DNA of 64,000 nucleotides, taken from the NCBI GenBank assembly GCA_951406725.2, contig OX597815.1, positions 11,594,001 through 11,658,000 of the forward strand, given 5' to 3'. Below the pieces are notes generated by a model, which made no database searches, was not told the DNA's origin, and saw nothing but the letters and a program-made list of their open reading frames with translations. The position numbers were made by a program, and so were the translations under genes. The stretch comes from Octopus vulgaris (lineage: Eukaryota). The number at the start of each line of letters is the position of its first letter. Within the stretch, counting starts at the first letter, position 1. Of the stretch, positions 1-13,676 are shown piece after piece.

Positions 1-769
1 TGGAGATGGACAAACAGAATGGCTGAGGCAATTATGCTTAAACGATTTAAATGACAGACAATTCATGACATGATAATTGATCCTGGCGCAGACTCTGTTG
101 TTACTTCGCTCTACTCTGCTAAAATAAGCCAAAAATCAAATGTCTATCAGCTGTGTTTATTTGCATTTATTTGCATATCAGTATAATACATTGCCTTTTT
201 TCTATTCATTTTAAAGAGAGTAGTTCGTAATTTTGAGAGGTTCGGCTGCTCTTCTTTCCTGTCTGGGCAAACACAAAGCAACAATTTTATTGAATGAGAA
301 CGGTGCGAAAGAAACAGATTCATAAAGACTAGTATTGTTCTACACTGCTGAGAAATATAGTTTATTTTTTTGTTACGTGTGCAGTTTATTTCGACGTTTA
401 TACTTTTGTGCAGCTTCTCAATACATTCCATGAGATTATTCTAATTTTCTATGAGGCAAGAAAACAATCTTTCATCGAAATGATAATGGGGGAAGCGGCT
501 TTAATTATTGATTGACTTATTGACATTGTATAAGAGATGCTCACGTTCAGTGCCCAAAGGTATCTGGAAATGAGATGAAGTGAAGCTTTTATATTAAATT
601 AATAATGAACATCTACTTCATATAAATTAAGTACTTTCGCGCGGATAGACACACTAACACGTGCGTGTGTCCTACAATACATACACGAACAAAAACACTC
701 AGAAGTAATCACATATGTCCCTGAGTCTGTGTGTATGTCTGTGTGTCTTTCTGACTGATAGTTTATCTA

Positions 770-814
770 ACTACCTACCTACCTACCTACCTCCCTACCT
801 ACCTACCTCCATAC

Positions 815-909
<95 letters not shown>

Positions 910-928
910 AATAAATAAATAAATAAAT
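770..928. repeat. Compound microsatellite (CTAC)n/(CTAT)n/(AAAT)n
   Basis: Direct reading; explains ORF 715..918. Confidence 0.95.
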
Positions 929-1004
929 ATATTGTAAACATATACTTATGTGTAAATACATATATGTATATATATATACGTATATGTAATATATACATAT
1001 TTGA

Positions 1005-1050
<46 letters not shown>

Positions 1051-1094
1051 TTTATTTAAAGCAGCAGAAAATTCAACAAAACCTGTTACTCCGG

Positions 1095-1197
<103 letters not shown>

Positions 1198-1661
1198 TAT
1201 GTATGTATGTATGTACATATATACATCACACATCACACGTGTGCACTCTCACGTGTCTGTATTCACGCACACACACACACACATGTATACATATACAGAA
1301 GTATTAATATATTTTTATGCTCATATTGATATTATACACAATCCCATATGTCATGGTTGCTAGCTAGGATACTGAATTTATTTCTTTGGAATATTCTCTG
1401 CTGTGGCAACCATAAACGTAACATTTGAGATGTCAGACAGCAGTCATTAAGCTAAAGTTTGTTTCGTTTATGGAAGCTTTCAAATTTTACTGGCAACTTA
1501 AGTTGAAAATTAGATCATCAGCAGAAAGGTATACTTAAACATAGAGAGTTTTATATATTATTTAATAGAATATTTTCCCCCTCGAACATATGGTATTTTA
1601 AGAACTGTGATTATTTAGAAATAATATTTTCTTAAATCTCAGAAAATCGTTTTATATACAT

Positions 1662-1739
<78 letters not shown>

Positions 1740-1740
1740 A

Positions 1741-1942
1741 AGGGTGAAAAGGAACCTATATCAGAATGCCACCTATATCTGAACACTACTATAGAAATAT
1801 TCCTTTAAAAAAGCTTTTCTTCTATTTTTTTCTAAATTTAATTATTTAATCGTTACAGTTGAAAATGTCTCAAAATGACCGAAACCGGTACTGAAATGTT
1901 CACTATAAAATTATTTTAGCATTTTCTATTTTTGACTTGTTT

Positions 1943-1947
<5 letters not shown>
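1741..1947 (+). mobile_element. (TA)n-flanked non-coding cassette with decayed hammerhead motif; probable Penelope-like terminal-repeat fragment
   Basis: (TA)n on both sides; 1856-1893 reads cag TTGAAAA t gtc-tcaaaat-gacc GAAAC cg GTA ctg (stem I cag/ctg, palindromic ACCGGT stem III, mutated CUGANGA box). Confidence 0.5.
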
Positions 1948-1999
<52 letters not shown>

Positions 2000-2861
2000 C
2001 TCTCAAAATGGAAGTGTTTCGAAAAGTATCTTGCTTCAATAGACAGTGGAAGCAACCGAAACTGTATTAAAGAGAGAGAAAACAGTATTTATAAAGGAAT
2101 AACCTGTTAAAACATTCAAAGTGAAATGCATATTATAATATCATATGATCCTTCAACGTAAAATGAATGCTGATATTTTTGTGCTACTCTTTAGAAGATA
2201 TTAATCACTTAAACATATTATTGAGAAACATACAGACTGTAGGCTATTTCTGTTGATATTACAATTTCAATGTTGCCTTAAAATTCGATTGTGCGTCTGT
2301 ATTATTTATTTGATTGGTAGATAAATTACGACGAAATATAAAATTATAAAAGTGTTATAATCTTTGGTGAATGTGCACTGTCCATTTGGTTCTAGAATAT
2401 GTACTCGGAAGTGGTCCGATTTGAAATGAAAGAAAAAAAAATGAAAATATCAACGAAATGTAAACCACGTATTGACACATAATTTTGTTAATGTGTGTGT
2501 ATAAAATTGTGTGTCTATGTATAACGTAAACAGCAGAACGAGAGTATGACCAAGTCACCATGCGGCTCATTTAATTTATAATGAGATACTAAATTTGATA
2601 CCACTAAAACGTCTAGAATAGATGCTGTCATCACCTTTAAATTTTACTGTAATCTTGGTTTCAATTAGCTCCGTAAGTGACAGAAGTTGTGTATAGATTG
2701 GCGGACGCATTCTATCTTCAAGTAAAAGGGTTACCCTTCTCATATATTACGTCACGTTCGTTTGGCCCAATGCTCATTAATTAGTAAGTTGATCGAACTA
2801 TTAAATAATCACCATGGATGTCTACGAAGATACTCATCATCATCAATATATGCATAGTATA

Positions 2862-3012
2862 TCTTTCTTTACTACCTACAAGGGGCTAAACACGGAGTGG
2901 ACAAACAAGGACAGACAAACGGATTAAGTCGATTATATCGACCTCAGTGCGTAACTGGTACTTTATCGACCCCGAAAGGATGAAAGGCAAAGTCGACCTC
3001 AGTGGATTTGAT
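2862..3012 (-). mobile_element. SINE family A, 5'-truncated
   Basis: Reverse complement of the gtcgactttgcctttcatcctttcggggtcgat...gtagtaaagaaa body seen near full length at 41384-41610. Confidence 0.9.
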
Positions 3013-3373
3013 CATCAATATATACATATCATATAATTCAACATGTGCGCGCACATAGACTCTCACATGCACGTACGCACACAGACTCGCACACACACAT
3101 ACACGCACAAACAGAGAATACTCCCAACATATACACATGCATGCATACATAGAGATATACATATATACGCGAGTGTACTGAAGACCTCCTGTTGTGAAAG
3201 GCCTGGTTTGTGCCCCAACCTTCGTAGTTCTTTTAAAGAGCTTAGGAATAGTAAAGGACCGCTGCAATAAGTGTGAATCTGAGCGGGCAATATGTTGAAT
3301 AAAATCATGATTGACTAATCCCTCCCGTATTTTCTTTTACTCAAAACGAGAAACTTTTCAGCACCCCCTCCTA

Positions 3374-3414
<41 letters not shown>

Positions 3415-3919
3415 CAAAATAATAGAGGAAAATTCGCAAATGAATATGTGTACTCATGTGCAGTAGAATAGATGGACAGTGACGTATAATATAATGAAAA
3501 TTTGGTATTTTCTCATAGAAATCAGGATGAACTTAGTCAATAAGGAAGAAGTAATAGAGTTACAGAGATTGTGAAGGAGTGGCTGAGAGAGAAAGGAATG
3601 GAGAGATCTAGAACGAAACAGGAAGAGAGAAAGAGAAACAAAGAGAGTGACGATTAGGCAAATGGCAAGTTGAAAGAATTTTACAGTAATATAAGGATTT
3701 TAATTAGAGAGAACTAAAAAAATAGTGAACTAAAGAAAGACTGAGGCTGGAGCAAGGGAATTTGAGGAAGAGAAACAGAGAGGGGAAAGAGAAAGCGAAA
3801 GGGAGAAAGAGAGAGGGAAAGAGAGAAAGAGTAAGAGAGTGACATGCTCATAAAATATTGAGATACTAATGAACATAAATAGATCGAATGGGAAAGAGGT
3901 GGATGCATTAAGAAGTGGG

Positions 3920-4036
<117 letters not shown>

Positions 4037-5328
4037 GAGAGTGAGAGGCAGCCGGAATAGAGACAGACGGACAGACAGATTGAGAGAAAGTTTGTGGAGG
4101 GGTCCAATAATAAATGAGAAAGAAAGAGCGTGTGAGGTAGAAAAGTGTGATAGAGTGACGTGATAGAAAGGGAAAAATATCATAATTTTGCTAGGAAAAG
4201 CAAGATCAGGTAAAAAGAAAAGAAATAATGGAATATCTGAGGCAATGAGTTTAAAAGGCATCCACCATGTTTGTTCATTTAACTGATATCCTTAGCGAGT
4301 GAGATAATGGTGGTCAATTTAAAGTAGTTAATATTGGCTAATTGATTAGATACGTGATTGATTAATGCTATCTAGCTTTGTAAATATTTTGCTTTAATGA
4401 TTGAGCAAAACTAATATAGACATCCGTGAGATTGGCTAACTGATCATCTGTGTAATTAAAAGCATGCTATTAATTAGATTAAGTCAAATATTGTGCACAG
4501 AGCAGGTCACTAAACCTCTTAGCAATAGCTGCCAAATCTTCTTAAAATCACTTTCCACCGTCGTATTAAAAAGAAAATATAGTTTGGATAATCTAGTGCA
4601 AGTCTCAGGGAAAAAAAGATGTGTGGTGGACACAATTGAAAAATATTTGATCCTAGTTATGTTCGATTAAGTTTGGCATGGACCTAGACGTCAATATAAC
4701 TAACAGTGATAAAATACTATTATATAAACGTTTCGTATTCATGCTCACATTTATATTTTAAGAAAACTTGGCTGAGAAACTTTGAAATTTATCTTCCTTG
4801 AGGATATTCCCTAACTTGCAGACTCTGCCTTCCAGGCTAAGATATCTCATCTACAAAGCCAATGTTGAAATTAATTGTTTTCTTTTTTCCTATCTATTTA
4901 TTGCAAAGTTAGGGGAGAAGTTGCTTCTCTCTTTTCTTTACTTCCAAATATGTAGGTGCAATTAAAGAATTGATCCCTTTAAGCAATAATTGATAACCCA
5001 ATTGCTTACCACAGACTAGTAGTCTCTAAGAGCATATGAGGTCGAACCGGCACTGGTGGTATTTAACGGGATAGTGGATTACGACTAATATCTTAGAATA
5101 AAAATAGTGTCTCTGAAGCGCTTCTACGCACTTTTCTTCTAACAATATTTACTAACAAGTTTTCGGTTGTGATGGAAGAGGTTAGTCCAAAATATTGTGC
5201 GGTGAAGGCAAAAACCTTTGACTTTACGTAAAACTGTTATTATTGTCATTACTTTATTTGCATATTTATTTTTATACTTTCTAAAATTCCCTGTATACCC
5301 TTCTGTTCGAAGTCAGTCGCCATGATAG

Positions 5329-5504
5329 ATCGTTAGCCACTACACACATTTTTTTCTCTCCTTGTTTTTTTTTTTGTATACCTTTCTGTAGAAGAGCGTA
5401 CGCTCGAAGCGTAAAAGACTTTTTCTATTCCTGAGCGTTATACTAATACATCTGTTTGTCTTCTACACCACCTGTCTTCGTCTTTTGTTTTTTTTGTAAA
5501 CTCT

Positions 5505-5508
<4 letters not shown>
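5329..5508 (+). mobile_element. Short hammerhead-motif cassette ending in (TA)n; Penelope-like terminal fragment, copy 1
   Basis: Begins cgccatgatagatcgttag, as does the minus-strand copy at 37845-38006; hammerhead-like fold at 5382-5417; followed by (TA)n. Confidence 0.7.
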
Positions 5509-5554
<46 letters not shown>

Positions 5555-6423
5555 ACAGAATCTTTGAGTGATATAAGCATATATAAGCCCAGCAAAAATA
5601 CAGAACATACATTGGTTTGTTTACAATTATATGATTTTCCAGAGATAATTTTGGCAATGTCAGGAACTGATGAATAGTGAAGTGAATGTCATCCCCCAAA
5701 AATCAATTTCCCGTTGCTGACTTGATTTTTCGAATTGCTAATTCTGGCTTTTCGCCACACTCAAGTTTAATGTGTTGATGGAATTGGTGTGAAATATTCT
5801 TCTTGTGACCAATAATATTTTGTCGTGTAAGTGAATATTACTTCCTGACAAGAATCCGAATTGACGATCGAAACCACGTCGCTAATTCAACTCACTAGCA
5901 ATTTATTTTGTGTTGGCTCTACGACGATCTGCACGTCAAAAAATGCTATTAAACTCATGTTTTATTTTGACTGCTTGGATCAACACTGTAAACGTCAATA
6001 TCTCATCGTAGAATAAGTCATGCACACGTTCAACTAAAAACACACACACGTACGCAAACACACAAGCGCACACGCACACACAAACATGCATATACACATA
6101 CAGACTTATGGGATTATGTGTATATTTGCGCATTTCTGCATTTGTGTGACAACCTAAAGCAATAATACAAATTACTAAGAAAAATAGGAGGGGGGAACGG
6201 ACAGCAATGGCTTACATTTCATCTGATATGCTGCTGACTTTCAGTCTCCAATCTCCATAACATTAACGTTCAGTCAGTGGCGTATTGGAAACACCAGGGA
6301 ATTATGGAGATGGATGGCAAGTTAACTTACAATAGGCTAGAAGTTATCTACTATAGAATATTACCAAAACCGTATGTTATATCATGATTGAACGCGAAAA
6401 ACCCACAAGAGAATGCATAACAG

Positions 6424-6454
<31 letters not shown>

Positions 6455-7220
6455 TGGGGGAAAGAGAAGAGATATGGTGGTAGAGAGTGGAGGAGAGAGA
6501 GAGAGAGAGAGAAGGAGGTAGAGAGAAATTGAAAATGTGAGCGACAAATAAGTGGAGTGAAACCGATTTGTCGAGAGAGAATTAGACAAAAGCTAAGATG
6601 AATAAGGGGCATGTAATACTTATTTTAAATATGACGATTGTGAGTACTTGAAACATAATGGATTGAGTAAAACATGAGAATGACAATCAGATGCACATTG
6701 CCCTCCACCCCACCCCACTCACACATGTTTGTCGTAACTCAAACGCGTTTCAATATATTGTATACATATAAATTGTGTATATAATAGGCACATAAATATG
6801 AGGGCATGTTTTCCGCTAAACACGATGACGAGCTGTTTGGTACGAAATCAACTGAATTCTCTAATGATAAAATTAACGAGTTGGTACCTGCCTTTCGAGA
6901 GACCATCTATAATCAAAGTAATTCGTTGGCTTCGAAATGTAATCTAGCACTTGAAAGGTTTAAATACAATTTACCTGATGAGCTTCGACGAAGATTCCGT
7001 GTTGCATTATTAATTTCACAAGCTTAAGCTAACCTAAAAGACACTGGTTTAAGATGCCTTCCCATAGCAACGAGCCATGATTCTCACGCTTAAGAAACAA
7101 ACTTATCAACGATATATGCTTGACTCTGTATGTATGTGTGTGTATATACATATAGGTGTGTATGTGAGTGTGTGTCTAGATATATATATATATGCATACA
7201 CATATACTCACACATATACA

Positions 7221-7260
<40 letters not shown>

Positions 7261-7284
7261 TACACATATACTCACACATATACA

Positions 7285-7322
<38 letters not shown>

Positions 7323-7338
7323 TTATATATATACATAC

Positions 7339-7400
<62 letters not shown>

Positions 7401-7408
7401 TAGATAGA

Positions 7409-8426
7409 TAGTGGGTCATCCCATAAATAATGCAGATTTTTCACTTGCATGAACTAAGTCGGAGGGGGACAGGATAAACTACCTGAACCAACATGCTATG
7501 AAAGCAGGTAGTAATTTTATATTGAACTTATTAATATTGCAAGTTTTGAAGAGTGCAGTTCGAAGCTATGATGGAAGTGACGTAGGAGCATATCCGGTAT
7601 ATTTTGCTTTATGAGTTCAATAAAGGCAAGAAATTAACGGAAAGTGCACGGAATGTTAATGCAGTATATGGGGAACGGTAAATGAGCGTCAGCCAGTGAC
7701 ACAGGTGGTTCCAGAAATTCCGTGTCGGAAACTACAGCGTAGAATACGAGCTTCATCCTGGAAAATCTTCAGAGCTCGACGAGGACGTCCCGCAAACTCT
7801 GGTGGAACAAGATGTCATTGTAACTGTTGAGGAACTAGCAGAGAAGATTGGATTTGGTCATTCAACCAATCATCGGCGCCTGAATACCATCGGAAAGTCA
7901 TCCAATTGGACCAACGGGTTCTTCACAAGTATTTCGAGTGTAATCACGCGCAGAGAGTAAATGTTTGCTCCCCTTTGGTGTCACGTCTCACGACTGAAAC
8001 TTCTTTGTACCGAATAGTGACTGGAGAGGAGAAAGATATTCTTTCTTCGGGATAATGGTCGGCCACATACAACGAGGATCACATTTTAAAGGTCGGAGCA
8101 GTCTGAAGGGGAAACAATGCCCCTCCTACCATATTCGCCTGACATTGCCCCATCCTATTATCATTTATTCCGCAGTCTTCAAACTCATTTGCACGGAAAA
8201 AATATAAATTCTATAGACGAAGTCAGAACAGTACAGAAGGAGTATTTTTCATCACAGACAAATGAATTTTGGAAGTGGGGGAGGGTTTTGTTAGTCTACT
8301 AAGATAGATTGAAAAGCAGTGTAGAAAATGAAGGAGAGTATATTTCAGATTAAAAGGAACTTAGTTCATCTTAATTCTGAAAAATAAAAGTATAAAAAAA
8401 TGCATTATTTATAAGCTGACCGAATA
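7409..8426 (+). mobile_element. Mariner transposon relic, internally deleted, with TIRs and TA flanks
   Basis: Left TIR TAgtgggtcatcccataaataatgc versus reverse-complemented right TIR TAttcggtcagcttataaataatgc; broken transposase from 7571 (MEVT*EHIRYILLYEFNKG...), VTGEEK, DNGRPH and PYSPDIAPSYYHLF motifs. Confidence 0.92.
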
Positions 8427-8456
8427 TTTATATACGTATATACACGCACGTATATA

Positions 8457-8500
<44 letters not shown>

Positions 8501-8506
8501 CATACT

Positions 8507-8537
<31 letters not shown>

Positions 8538-8677
8538 GTATATGTATATATATATACATAAACATATATATGTGTATGTGTGTGTGCGTGTGTATGTGTG
8601 TATATATGTAAACAATATGCATTCATACATATATACTTATATATATATGTATATATATATATAAATATATATATGAA

Positions 8678-8727
<50 letters not shown>

Positions 8728-9172
8728 ATGTGTGTGTGTGTGCATGTATATGTGTGTATACATGTAAAATATAATAACAGAGGAATCATATGCATATGCC
8801 ATTTGTTCGCGTGTGAAAATCTAAAACTTTGAATAACGTAATAAATATGAAAAGGGAGAAAACTGAGGGAAGCAGAGACGTTTGTTGGGCGTTTGTATAT
8901 TCGTAGATATCGACTACTATACCAGTTTAGAAGGATGGATAAAGGATTAAGATGATAGCCGGAGGTTTACACTCTCAATGGAACGACAGATATGCAAATG
9001 AATTGTCAAGAGCGTAGTAGATATGTTAATAGAGTAATGAATAACTGTGACTGGAGAAGCTGTATAAACGGACTGATAGCTAAACAGACAGACCGGTAGA
9101 TAGAAGTGTTGCCTAGGGTTAAATAGGCTGTTGAAGAAATAGAAAGGTGGAAACAGAGAAGGCTTTTAGGCA

Positions 9173-9590
9173 TACTCTTTTTACTCTTTTACTTGTTTCA
9201 GTCATTTGACTGCGGCCATGCTGGAGCACCGATTTTTAATCGAGCAAATCGACCCCGGGACTTATTCTTTTTGTAAGCCCAGTACTTATTCTATCGGTCT
9301 ATTTTGCCGAACCGCTAAGTAACGGGGGCATAGATACACCAGCATCGGTTGTCAAGCAATGCTAGGGGGACAAACACAGACACACAAACACACACAAATA
9401 CATATATATATATATATGTACATATATACGACGGGCTTCTTTCAGTATCCGTCTACCAAATCCACTCACAAGGCTTTGGTCGGCCCGAGGCTATATTAGA
9501 AGACACCTGCCCAAGGTGCCACGCAGTGGGACAGAACCCGGAACCATGTGGTTGGTAAACAAGCTACTTACCACACAGCCACTCCTGCGC
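9173..9590 (-). mobile_element. SINE family B, full length (tRNA-like head, internal microsatellite, (AAAAGAGT)n tail)
   Basis: Reverse complement of ggcgcaggagtggctgtgtggtaag...ccgcagtcaaatgactgaaacaagtaaaagagt; matches 14487-14917. Confidence 0.93.
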
Positions 9591-10373
9591 ATGAGAATAT
9601 ATATTGGATAGATCGTTCAAATTCTGGATTGGTTGGGATGGGTTTTCATGGCAAGAATATTTGAAAATTTACTCAAGAATAGCAGTTTCAACATTTTTGC
9701 AATGTAAAAACCGCAACGTAAAAACCAGGCCGTATCGCGCAGATTAGTAATCTTTTAGTGTAATTTCGGACAAGAATTCTAAACGAATGCTCGCACGTAA
9801 ATATATATATCTAGCACTTTAACCTTCGAATAAAAGTAGAACTCTGGTTGACTAGAATATTTCGATATGTCTGCTTCTCAACAGGGCAAAAATTGCAAGT
9901 TTTCGAATCCGTTTTTATGGAACAGACGTAGTTTGTAGAGTTTGGTTGCATACAGTATTTCTACACCTGATTGCGTCAGCTAATAATAAATTTAGCCTTT
10001 TATAAAAAAGTATTAGGCTATAACATATATATATATATATATATATCTAACAGTATCTGGTCTGATCTGTTATACAGTTGCTCATTGCAAAATATATGAA
10101 AACGTTTAGTTTAAATTTGGGCGGCAGAGAAAATGAAAAATGTCACAAAACAAGGACCCAGAATGAGTGCCATATGCAAAGGGTGGTGCATCAGCATGGC
10201 CGCAGCTCTGAGCTGAAACTAGAAAAAAAAAATTCATTAACTACAAAATCCAAGCAATAACCCATATACAGGCACGGAGCGTACACACACACGTACATAT
10301 TTAACTAACAGTACATAAGTATGTGCTTTTATCCAAATCTATCTATCTCTCTGTATATATATATATCTATCTC

Positions 10374-10413
<40 letters not shown>

Positions 10414-10531
10414 TGTGTGTGTGTATGTGCGTGAGTGTTGGTGTAGTATGTGTACAGATCTTACATAAGGACTGAAAATTTCAAGTATAGTGCAAAACCC
10501 TCGTCGTCTTTTATATGTATCTGTGTGTGTT

Positions 10532-10566
<35 letters not shown>

Positions 10567-10646
10567 ATGCATGCATGGTGTCCGAGGGCTTTGTACTATA
10601 TACATATACTGCACACAGAGCGTAATATTTTTCTTCACTTGATCTG

Positions 10647-10965
10647 TTCTGAATGAATTCCATAAGACTGAATTGTTGATTGTTTTTGTAGAATTTTAAT
10701 CGTCGCTAAAAAGAGGATAGTCTTTGAGCAGCTGCTTTGATTTTATGGCCATTTCGATAGCGTGCTAAAATTTCTTTTATCGGAAGATCTTTAGTGTAAC
10801 TAAAACGATTTTCACACAAGAAATAGCGCCGAAAATGACAATGAAATAACGGCCTAACTCGATGTGTTGTATGGCTGACGGTTTTAAGATGATTGTAAAG
10901 AAAAGCGTCCTCTCTATTTTCCTGGCTTCTATGAGGGAACAATGCTTCAAATTGTGCAAATAATG
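10647..10965. repeat. Dispersed ~320-bp duplication, copy 1 (partner 15305-15625)
   Basis: Alignable by eye throughout; core 10791-10849 is 57/59 identical to 15451-15509. Confidence 0.9.
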
Positions 10966-11241
10966 ACAGTAAAGTCGCATCGTTTTGTGTGCTACCCCCC
11001 ACACACACATATGCAAGCAAGCAAGCTCGCACCCATACACGATTCCAAATAACCATATACACAATATATCTATGTCTATGTACGTACGTATGTATGTATG
11101 TATATATGTATGTATGTAGGTAGGTAGGTAGGTATGTATGCATGTTTGCATGTATGTATGTATCTATCTTTCTATCCATCTATCTATCTTTCTATTTCTC
11201 TATATAAATACATACATATACAGATATACATACATACATAC

Positions 11242-11286
<45 letters not shown>

Positions 11287-12078
11287 GAAGAGAGATATAA
11301 AGGATATACGTCTCTCTCTCTCTCTGTATATATATATACATCTCTCTCTCACTCTCTCTCTATCTCTCTCCCTATATATATGCATATATGTAGATACACA
11401 CATATACATACACACACACATACATACGTATATACGAATAGTGTCGAGTTTCTTTATGTTTTTTTCCTGAGTGTTCTATGTCGGTAATCCTATTTCGACT
11501 CTACAGGAATTGAATTATAACTTGCTACGAATACGTATCGATGTCTCTTTGCTGCTAAGGTGAGGAGTAAACTAGGTAATGAAGCAGCTATATAATGTGC
11601 TAATTAGGGGGCAACATTTAGTATTGTAACCATGTAATCTCTGACCCACTCTTCTTTAGAGATCTCACTTGTCAGTTCTTTATAATTACTGAGACACAAA
11701 CTTCGAGAGAGGTCTTGACGTAGACATCTTCAGAAATATACACACAATTATCCAAAGCATACTGGACAGATATATTTCTATACAGAACACGTATATATGA
11801 TACCCAGCAGTGTGACAAAAGTTAGATATAGGGAGGAAACCATTTCACCTACTGGTAAATATGAAACTAACCTCGGTTAAATTCTTGTGCATAAACACAT
11901 TCCCCTACTGATAAACTAGTCACTGTATGGTACCTGTTTCGTAGCTTTATGTAATTGGTGTATTTTGGTATATTTATTTATGGCTAAAAACCGAGCTTGA
12001 TAAAGATTGACACGATTGTTAAGAGTGCATAAGTTATCTCCTAATTGAGAGGTTTGAAACTATCTACTGCATGTTGTG

Positions 12079-12294
<216 letters not shown>

Positions 12295-12435
12295 TAGTCA
12301 TCCTAATTATAGTCAACCTAACTACACTACATCATGTTCCCGAGATTCATATCTACATCTTTATCTGTATATTTACCTTCCCTAAGATGTTACTAATTGA
12401 TCTGAGAACTTTATATTATTGGAAAACCTATATAA

Positions 12436-12526
12436 AATTTGCTGATGATTACTCGACATATTAAATCTGCTCTAATATTCACAGCTTTTAATAAAATGTT
12501 GTAGTATGAAACAATTGTACTAAATT
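12436..12526 (+). ncRNA. Type-I hammerhead ribozyme motif with extended stem II, within a (TA)n-flanked cassette 12291-12558
   Basis: aatttg CTGATGA t tactcgacat ... atgttgtagta t GAAAC aatt GTA| ctaaatt; both core boxes intact, palindromic ACAATTGT stem III, stem I with one bulge. Confidence 0.65.
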
Positions 12527-12555
12527 ACCGGATTCATTCTTGTTGCTTATTTTTG

Positions 12556-12604
<49 letters not shown>

Positions 12605-12616
12605 ATATGTGTATAC

Positions 12617-12647
<31 letters not shown>

Positions 12648-12764
12648 CACATACATACATACATACATACATATATGTCACATTGTCGGACATTGAATAA
12701 CTATACGCAAACAAGAAGTATATACAAGCACTTACATATATGTAGACATACATGACAGCATAAT

Positions 12765-13330
12765 CCCCAAGGTCCCTTAACTGATGCAGCCTGTCATTGG
12801 TGTACCACTCAAAACGCTTTTGCAGTCAGACGTGGTCACTGGCCTCTCTTCTGTGTCACACAGTAATAGGTTAACATGGTCGTGGCCCGTCCATTCTTTG
12901 GTGTTTCCAATCCACAAACTATTTCACCCTCCCTCAGCTGTACTATGATGAATGGTTTCGGACAGTTTTGTGGCGGGGATACGTGACCGTACACTGCAAG
13001 ATTTCGTCTTCTTACATGCGCAACGAGTGGTTCCTTTCTGCTAGATTATTCGTTGACTTACTGCCTGAGCAAACTGTTCGTTTTATTCTAAGTTTATGGG
13101 ATGTGTACCAACCTTCTGAAACCCTTGTGCTCTAATGCCTGGGTTCTTCGTTTCCTGTCAGCTATATGTTTCACACCCATACATAAAGATTACGGTTACC
13201 AGGAACTTCCCTATAGTCTTCAGCTTCGGCATAACAGCAGAAGTAAAACTGAGTCGTGTTGTCATTTGTTTTGGAGATCTGCCGTTCTTAGACACTAAGT
13301 ACTTAAAGGTGTCCACTTCTTCAAGTCTGT
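12765..13330 (-). mobile_element. RTE-clade LINE 3' fragment, degenerate
   Basis: Minus-strand pieces RLEEVDTFKYL, IFMYGCETY, QALEHKGFRRLV, EPLVAHVRRRNLAVYGHVSR resemble the RTE C-terminal LYGCETW and R..W.GHV.R motifs. Confidence 0.85.
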
Positions 13331-13568
13331 TCAACACCTTCCTGGAGAACATTCTGCAAGAGAAACTTCAAGATCTCCATGCAATCTTTTTTCCATTGGA
13401 GGACGTCTCATTTGCAACCTGCGCTTTGTCGATGATATTCACTTGCTAGGAAGCAGTAAACTAGGTCTATAGGAGCACAACACCAGTCTGGAAAAAGTAT
13501 CCGGAGTATAAACGATGGTGGTTAGTACAGAAATGAGGAAAATCTTGGTTAATAGTAACCAAAACACA
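13324..13568 (+). mobile_element. Inverted RT segment of the same RTE LINE (5' inversion)
   Basis: Plus-strand SLFNTFLENILQE...IGGRLICNLRFVDDIHLL...MVVSTEMRKILVNS; this RT part, with the FADD-type motif, normally precedes LEEVDTFKYL. Confidence 0.85.
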
Positions 13569-13606
13569 GCATGTGGCTGGGCGCATGCTGGAACACCCCC
13601 GGGGTC

Positions 13607-13676
13607 AAAATATGGAACCCTTCACGAATTTCCGCATGACCCATGTGCAATGGCCAAGTTAATATGCTTTGTATCG
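13607..13676 (-). pseudogene. U6: U6 snRNA retrocopy, 3' 70 nt, degenerate
   Basis: Ungapped hand alignment to the reverse complement of the canonical metazoan U6 3' end gives 55/70 identities and ends in the terminal U-tract; ACAGAGA box mutated to ACAAAGC. Confidence 0.88.

Noticed and set aside
6975-7000. ctgatgagcttcgacgaag hammerhead-like string
   Set aside because: Stem II mismatched, GAAG instead of GAAA, no stem I/III
13607-13676. Functional U6 snRNA gene
   Set aside because: 5' third missing; ACAGAGA box and AGC triad mutated; kept only as a pseudogene
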